Shown piece after piece: positions 59,842 through 64,000 of a DNA stretch of 64,000 bases. The notes beneath the pieces are model-generated. The model worked only from the letters and a program-made list of their open reading frames with translations, ran no database searches and was not told where the DNA came from. The stretch is taken from sequence record PQ301181; one strand, 5' to 3'. This DNA comes from Escherichia phage EP02SG. Each line of letters starts with the position of its first letter. Positions within the stretch are counted from its first letter, which is position 1. The translations under genes were made by a program, and so were the position numbers.

Positions 59842-60985
59842 GGTCGTTTTCTATATCTGCTGCAGACGGAGCATCAGAAGTTTTAACCGGAACTTTAGTT
59901 GTTGCTTTGCAATTAATAAGGTCGTTAACAGCGTCATCAACTTCTTTAATAGAAGAGATAGCACCTAGTTTATATTTAGTTTCAATTGCATCTCGGAAAG
60001 GTTTGTGTTTAAACAAAGGTCCCCAGAATTCTACACAATCAGTAGCTTTAGCACGCCACGATTTCTCTTCACGAATCATTTCGCCTGTTTCTTCGTCAAG
60101 GAATTCACGAGCATACCAACCGGCTTTAGGCTTAACCACAAAACCGATTTCAGTTGCCATTTCTAACAAGCCACTGAATGGGTCAATACCACCATCGAAA
60201 TTAACCGTGATTGGGAAAGTAGATTTCTCTTTAACTGTACGAGATTTTTCTGCTTTCAACGTGAAGTCATAACCGGTCAATTCTGTACCTTCTTTAACCT
60301 GACGTTTAGAGATAAAAAATACCGTGTTGGCAGAATAAAGAATACCTGTACCACCGCCCATAATCTCTTTAGGATACAATCCACCAATTTCCATTGCGGT
60401 ATGGTTAATTGCAACACACGGAATATCTTTAATAGTCAGATAAGGAGTCACAATACGGAAAAGAGATTTAAGTGCCTTAGCACGAGACATATCACCTACA
60501 ACTTTCTCGTTCAACGCATCTTCGGTTTCTTTCTTAGATGCAGTATTACCGATTGAATCGATAAAGATAATAACTTTATCACCGCGTTCAATCGCGTCAA
60601 GCTGATTAGTCATATCAACTTTAAGTTGTTCGACGGACTGAATTGGCGTATGAACTACACGGTCTAAATCAACACCCATTGAACGAAAATAAGATTCTGA
60701 AGCACCGAATTCTGAGTCATAAAACAAACAGATTGCATCTTTATATTTCTTCATATATGCTGCAACCATAGTTAGTCCAAACAACGTTTTAAAGTGTTTA
60801 GAAGGAGCAGCAAAAATAGTTAAGCCTGATTGCAACCCTGCATTCAGTGCACCACCTAATGCAATATTCAACATCGGAATACGAGTAGGGACTTCATCAC
60901 GATTATTAAACAGCTTAGACTTAGTCAAGTCTGCAGTCATTTTAGAAGTAGAAGCTTTAATCAGACGAGATTTTAAATCAGACAT
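59813..60985 (-). CDS. uvsX: UvsX recombinase (RecA/Rad51 family)
   Basis: 390 aa; N-terminus MSDLKSRLIKASTSK identical to recalled T4 UvsX; Walker A region. Confidence 0.95.
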   Translation of the reverse strand: MSDLKSRLIKASTSKMTADLTKSKLFNNRDEVPTRIPMLNIALGGALNAGLQSGLTIFAAPSKHFKTLFGLTMVAAYMKKYKDAICLFYDSEFGASESYFRSMGVDLDRVVHTPIQSVEQLKVDMTNQLDAIERGDKVIIFIDSIGNTASKKETEDALNEKVVGDMSRAKALKSLFRIVTPYLTIKDIPCVAINHTAMEIGGLYPKEIMGGGTGILYSANTVFFISKRQVKEGTELTGYDFTLKAEKSRTVKEKSTFPITVNFDGGIDPFSGLLEMATEIGFVVKPKAGWYAREFLDEETGEMIREEKSWRAKATDCVEFWGPLFKHKPFRDAIETKYKLGAISSIKEVDDAVNDLINCKATTKVPVKTSDAPSAADIENDLDEMEDFDE

Positions 60986-61085
60986 TGTATTTTTCCATAG
61001 GCATCATTATATTTTACTCATGTTTAAAAGATAAGACGATTATATACTAAGGGTTATACAGCATTTAAAAACTTTAAACAGGCTC

Positions 61086-61634
61086 TTAACGAGCCCATTT
61101 GATAATTTCTGTAATCAAATAATTACGTTCGCTTGCATTAAATCCTATAACTTTGTTAGCACCGTCATGATTAAGTAATTGATACGTTTGGATTTTGTTA
61201 TGAATTGCAAACTCTTCAAAATATGAAATGACTGTATTAAAACCGAATGAAGACAAAGTAATAAGGTCGTCTTCAAAACTTTCAGTCATTTCGTTACGTG
61301 TTAAAATAATTGTGAACACATCATGGTTTTGGCAAAGACGAACATAATCCTGTTCATAAACATCAAGAACCGAGTCCGCATCTTGTCGAATACGTCCATA
61401 AACCCAGTTACTAATATATCCACGGTCTAACAGATAAATCTTAGTAGGGTCTAAATAATTCAACATCGTTTCGAAACAACCAACTTCATTTCGAGACTTA
61501 ACATCGAAACGTCCATCAACTGTTCGTTTAGGGAAATCAATCTTTACATATCTTTCACTAATTTCCATTATGTCATTAATGAAAGTTGTTTTACCAGCAT
61601 TATCCGGGCCATCTACTAAAATAATTTTAGCCAT
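61086..61634 (-). CDS. P-loop kinase-like protein (182 aa)
   Basis: N-terminal Walker A ILVDGPDNAGKTTF resembling the kinase domain of this phage's own Pnk ([15 protein letters not shown]); lies in the T4 beta-gt slot. Confidence 0.55.
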   Translation of the reverse strand: MAKIILVDGPDNAGKTTFINDIMEISERYVKIDFPKRTVDGRFDVKSRNEVGCFETMLNYLDPTKIYLLDRGYISNWVYGRIRQDADSVLDVYEQDYVRLCQNHDVFTIILTRNEMTESFEDDLITLSSFGFNTVISYFEEFAIHNKIQTYQLLNHDGANKVIGFNASERNYLITEIIKWAR

Positions 61635-61635
61635 T

Positions 61636-62535
61636 TTATTCCTCGATTACGACATCTTCATATTTAGGTATATTATACGGCGAAGAAATTAAAGCATTAA
61701 AGTAGATGAACTCGCCAAGACCTGGATGGAATACTTCTTCAGGATTTTCGAAATATTGAATCTTCGGACGTCCTTTAAGAATTTGATAGTACTCAGTTTT
61801 AGTTGGATTAAAAATTCGAATCAGCGCTTCTTCAGGATACTTATTTCTGTCGAAACTATTATTTGGATCAGTTATATAAAGCGGTTGACCTAATTGAATT
61901 GCGCATTCAACCACTTGTTCAAAACGATAGCATGGGTCACTAATTCGAAATGGATGAAAAATACCATCTAGATGAATAGGAGCCAAATCACCTACAAGAC
62001 GCTGCATGACGGAAGGACGTATAACTTTCTGTGTTACGATAATCTTATTACCATCTGCACCTGCGTTAACCAGCACTTCTTTTTGACGTTCATTCAACAC
62101 AGTAGTTTGAAGTGAACGATTAACAGACAACATGTCGGTTTTTAAGAATTCATCAATATAAAAACGTGGTTTATTAGGGTCTGCAGTGATATTGAAATTG
62201 AATTCTACGTCAAAAGCGCCATCATATCCAGTGATATCTGTGATTAGAAAATCACAATCATAATAAGCAATTAATGAATCAACCACAAATTCATTTTCAG
62301 ACCAGAAATATTTACGAGTGTTATACGCGTTATCTTTATACCATAATGGAACAAACTTAAATTCCGGAAAAAGACGTTCGCATTCTTTAATATCAGATGC
62401 ATTACGTGGATATGTAATCACATCACCTGGATTAGCACGGTGCAAATGAAGTTGGAAGTTGCCATCCTTAAGGATAGCATACTGACCAGTTTCATAAGAC
62501 CGCATACTCAAGATAGGTACACGGAAAATAGCCAT
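61636..62535 (-). CDS. hypothetical protein (299 aa), unassigned, in beta-gt slot
   Basis: ORF track; abuts kinase-like ORF and gp42-like ORF; no recognisable glycosyltransferase motifs. Confidence 0.5.
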   Translation of the reverse strand: MAIFRVPILSMRSYETGQYAILKDGNFQLHLHRANPGDVITYPRNASDIKECERLFPEFKFVPLWYKDNAYNTRKYFWSENEFVVDSLIAYYDCDFLITDITGYDGAFDVEFNFNITADPNKPRFYIDEFLKTDMLSVNRSLQTTVLNERQKEVLVNAGADGNKIIVTQKVIRPSVMQRLVGDLAPIHLDGIFHPFRISDPCYRFEQVVECAIQLGQPLYITDPNNSFDRNKYPEEALIRIFNPTKTEYYQILKGRPKIQYFENPEEVFHPGLGEFIYFNALISSPYNIPKYEDVVIEE

Positions 62536-63251
62536 TAGTCAAGGAATCCTTTAACATAATCAAAATCACGTTCAAACACATGGGCACTTACCATGGTATG
62601 AGTATAATCACCAACTTCTACACCACATTCATTAGCGATATAATGAAGTAATTTTCCTTGGAGATAAAAATCCAACTGCATAACAACAGCACAGTTCTGA
62701 GAACGCATATGACAGTGGGTATAAAGCTTACCATCACGAATATAATAAGTCACTGAGTCAGTACATGGATATTCAAGTGTTTCGTCCGAATCAAGCAAAG
62801 CCTGATCTGAACTTTCTAGAATTTGGAACACAACTCTTCGGGAGTTAGGCTTCTCTTTAAGTTCTTTTAGAAGAGCTGGTAATTGGGCCGCAATGCGAGG
62901 ACCATAGAAAGTGTTGAAGTTCGCCGGCAAAACATCTGATTTTGGTTTAGAAATAAATTTAGCGACATTAGGATATGCCTTAAACGCTTCTTCTGCGTTG
63001 GTACCACCAGAAATCATAAACTTCCAGAAGTCTTCGGCATATTCATAAGAGATGCGGTTAATACGTGGGTCGGTCATTTTGAATGATGATGGAGTGTCAA
63101 CAACTACTGTCATAGACCCAATTTCATTACAACGTCCAATACGAGAATCAGTTACGAATTCCGGGTTTTCTAAAATTTCACGATTGACTGCTTTAAATGC
63201 GGTTTGAAAATCTGCGGCTTTAATATATTTCATTGTGTTATGTTTTCCCAT
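62535..63251 (-). CDS. 42: thymidylate-synthase-fold pyrimidine hydroxymethylase (gp42/dCMP hydroxymethylase-like, divergent)
   Basis: 238 aa; catalytic core PCTDSVTYYIRDGK and SRR loop align with recalled T4 gp42 (MCTNTVQYLIRDKK; SRRG); rest of protein diverges; same position as T4 gene 42. Confidence 0.65.
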   Translation of the reverse strand: MGKHNTMKYIKAADFQTAFKAVNREILENPEFVTDSRIGRCNEIGSMTVVVDTPSSFKMTDPRINRISYEYAEDFWKFMISGGTNAEEAFKAYPNVAKFISKPKSDVLPANFNTFYGPRIAAQLPALLKELKEKPNSRRVVFQILESSDQALLDSDETLEYPCTDSVTYYIRDGKLYTHCHMRSQNCAVVMQLDFYLQGKLLHYIANECGVEVGDYTHTMVSAHVFERDFDYVKGFLD

Positions 63252-63371
63252 GTTTACCTCAATACAGTTATTATATACTCAATTCATAAAGCTTATTTGA
63301 ATTTCTTAGCGATGTTGATATAACGTAAAGCTTCAGCATCGATATTTCCAAGAACACTATGAAGAAATGCA

Positions 63372-63533
63372 TCAGCGTAGTATTCTAGTTGAACAGGTTT
63401 CTTTAATCACTTTAGCCGCTTTAGTTTCAAACAGGCCCATAAGGGCCTTTTTAAGAATTTGTTCGTTGCTGTTAATTTTAATAGTCAAAATCTCTTCGTT
63501 AAGTTGGTGGTTAAAAGTTTTTCTAGAAATCAT
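63372..63533 (-). CDS. small protein (53 aa), hand-translated
   Basis: Start ATG overlaps stop of upstream partial ORF in an ATGA arrangement; internal AGGCCC-ATAA-GGGCCT hairpin. Confidence 0.4.
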   Translation of the reverse strand: MISRKTFNHQLNEEILTIKINSNEQILKKALMGLFETKAAKVIKETCSTRILR

Positions 63534-64000
63534 TCTGGGTACCTCAAAGCGTCATCAGAGTTAGTTATATCAATAATAGATATAGAGTTTTCTGATAACC
63601 CATTTTTAGATAACTGACGTTTATAATATCTTTCACAATATGTACACGTCGTCCCACAGATTTCATTAGCACAATCGAAATCTGGATGTTTGAACCACCT
63701 TTTTTCTAAAAAGCCGTCTAACAAAGAGGTTTCAATATTTACCGTATGTGAAAACTCAGTCTCATTTTCAAGAGTGAAAATGGTCTCTAAAGGCTTCCAC
63801 AATTCCAACAAATTACCTTCAAACTTTTCAGAAGCGTAAGCTTCAAGAACTTTTAAAATGTAGTCGGTGCTACCTGTACGTCCTGAAACTTTAAATTGAG
63901 TGATACCAATATCATTATAAAGTTTCAAATCTTGAGGACGAACAAAACGAGTTCTCAACCAGTTAAATGGATCTGTATCACGAGCTTTAATACAGTGTTG
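63530..64000 (-). CDS. partial CDS (C-terminal at least 156 aa), Cys-cluster protein; 5' end beyond window
   Basis: Frame open to window edge; track 'start' is TTG; C-terminal C-x4-C-x3-C-x2-C cluster (DCANEICGTTCTYC). Confidence 0.55.
   Translation of the reverse strand, partial: QHCIKARDTDPFNWLRTRFVRPQDLKLYNDIGITQFKVSGRTGSTDYILKVLEAYASEKFEGNLLELWKPLETIFTLENETEFSHTVNIETSLLDGFLEKRWFKHPDFDCANEICGTTCTYCERYYKRQLSKNGLSENSISIIDITNSDDALRYPE

Noticed and set aside
63367-63564. Plus-strand ORF 63367..63564 (65 aa)
   Set aside because: Antisense to the minus-strand 53-aa ORF that is translationally coupled (ATGA overlap) to the upstream gene.

Overview
This window is a contiguous segment of a T4-like (T-even, Tevenvirinae-type) myophage genome, read in the usual T4 orientation: early and middle genes on the minus strand, and a late long-tail-fiber/holin block (34-35-36-37-38-t) on the plus strand. 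Recognisable T4 gene order runs rIII/31 - cd - pseT - alc - rnlA - denA - nrdB - nrdA - td - frd - 32 - 59 - 33 - dsbA - rnh - [34-38, t] - asiA - motA - 52 - ndd - rIIB - rIIA - 39 - dexA - dda - modA-like - soc - 56 - 61 - sp - 41 - 40 - uvsX - 42-like. Intergenic regions carry many T4-type early promoters (GTTTAC -35, ~17 nt, TATAAT-like -10), a few TATAAATA late promoters and numerous UUCG/CGAA-loop hairpins. No rRNA, tRNA, CRISPR array or obvious transposon was seen. All calls rest on ORF structure, conserved motifs and recalled T4 protein sequences; no database search was run. The most interesting departures from canonical T4 are: (1) the uvsX-42 interval, where T4 carries beta-glucosyltransferase, instead holds a P-loop kinase-like ORF, an unassigned 299-aa ORF and a divergent thymidylate-synthase-fold (gp42-like) enzyme, a candidate non-canonical DNA-modification module; (2) a GT-B glycosyltransferase between rIIA.1 and a fused gene 39; (3) an AroG-like DAHP synthase next to cd; (4) a Dam-family methyltransferase wedged between nrdA and nrdB; (5) a tandem triad of paralogous genes; (6) a duplicated promoter/5'UTR/start-codon cassette.
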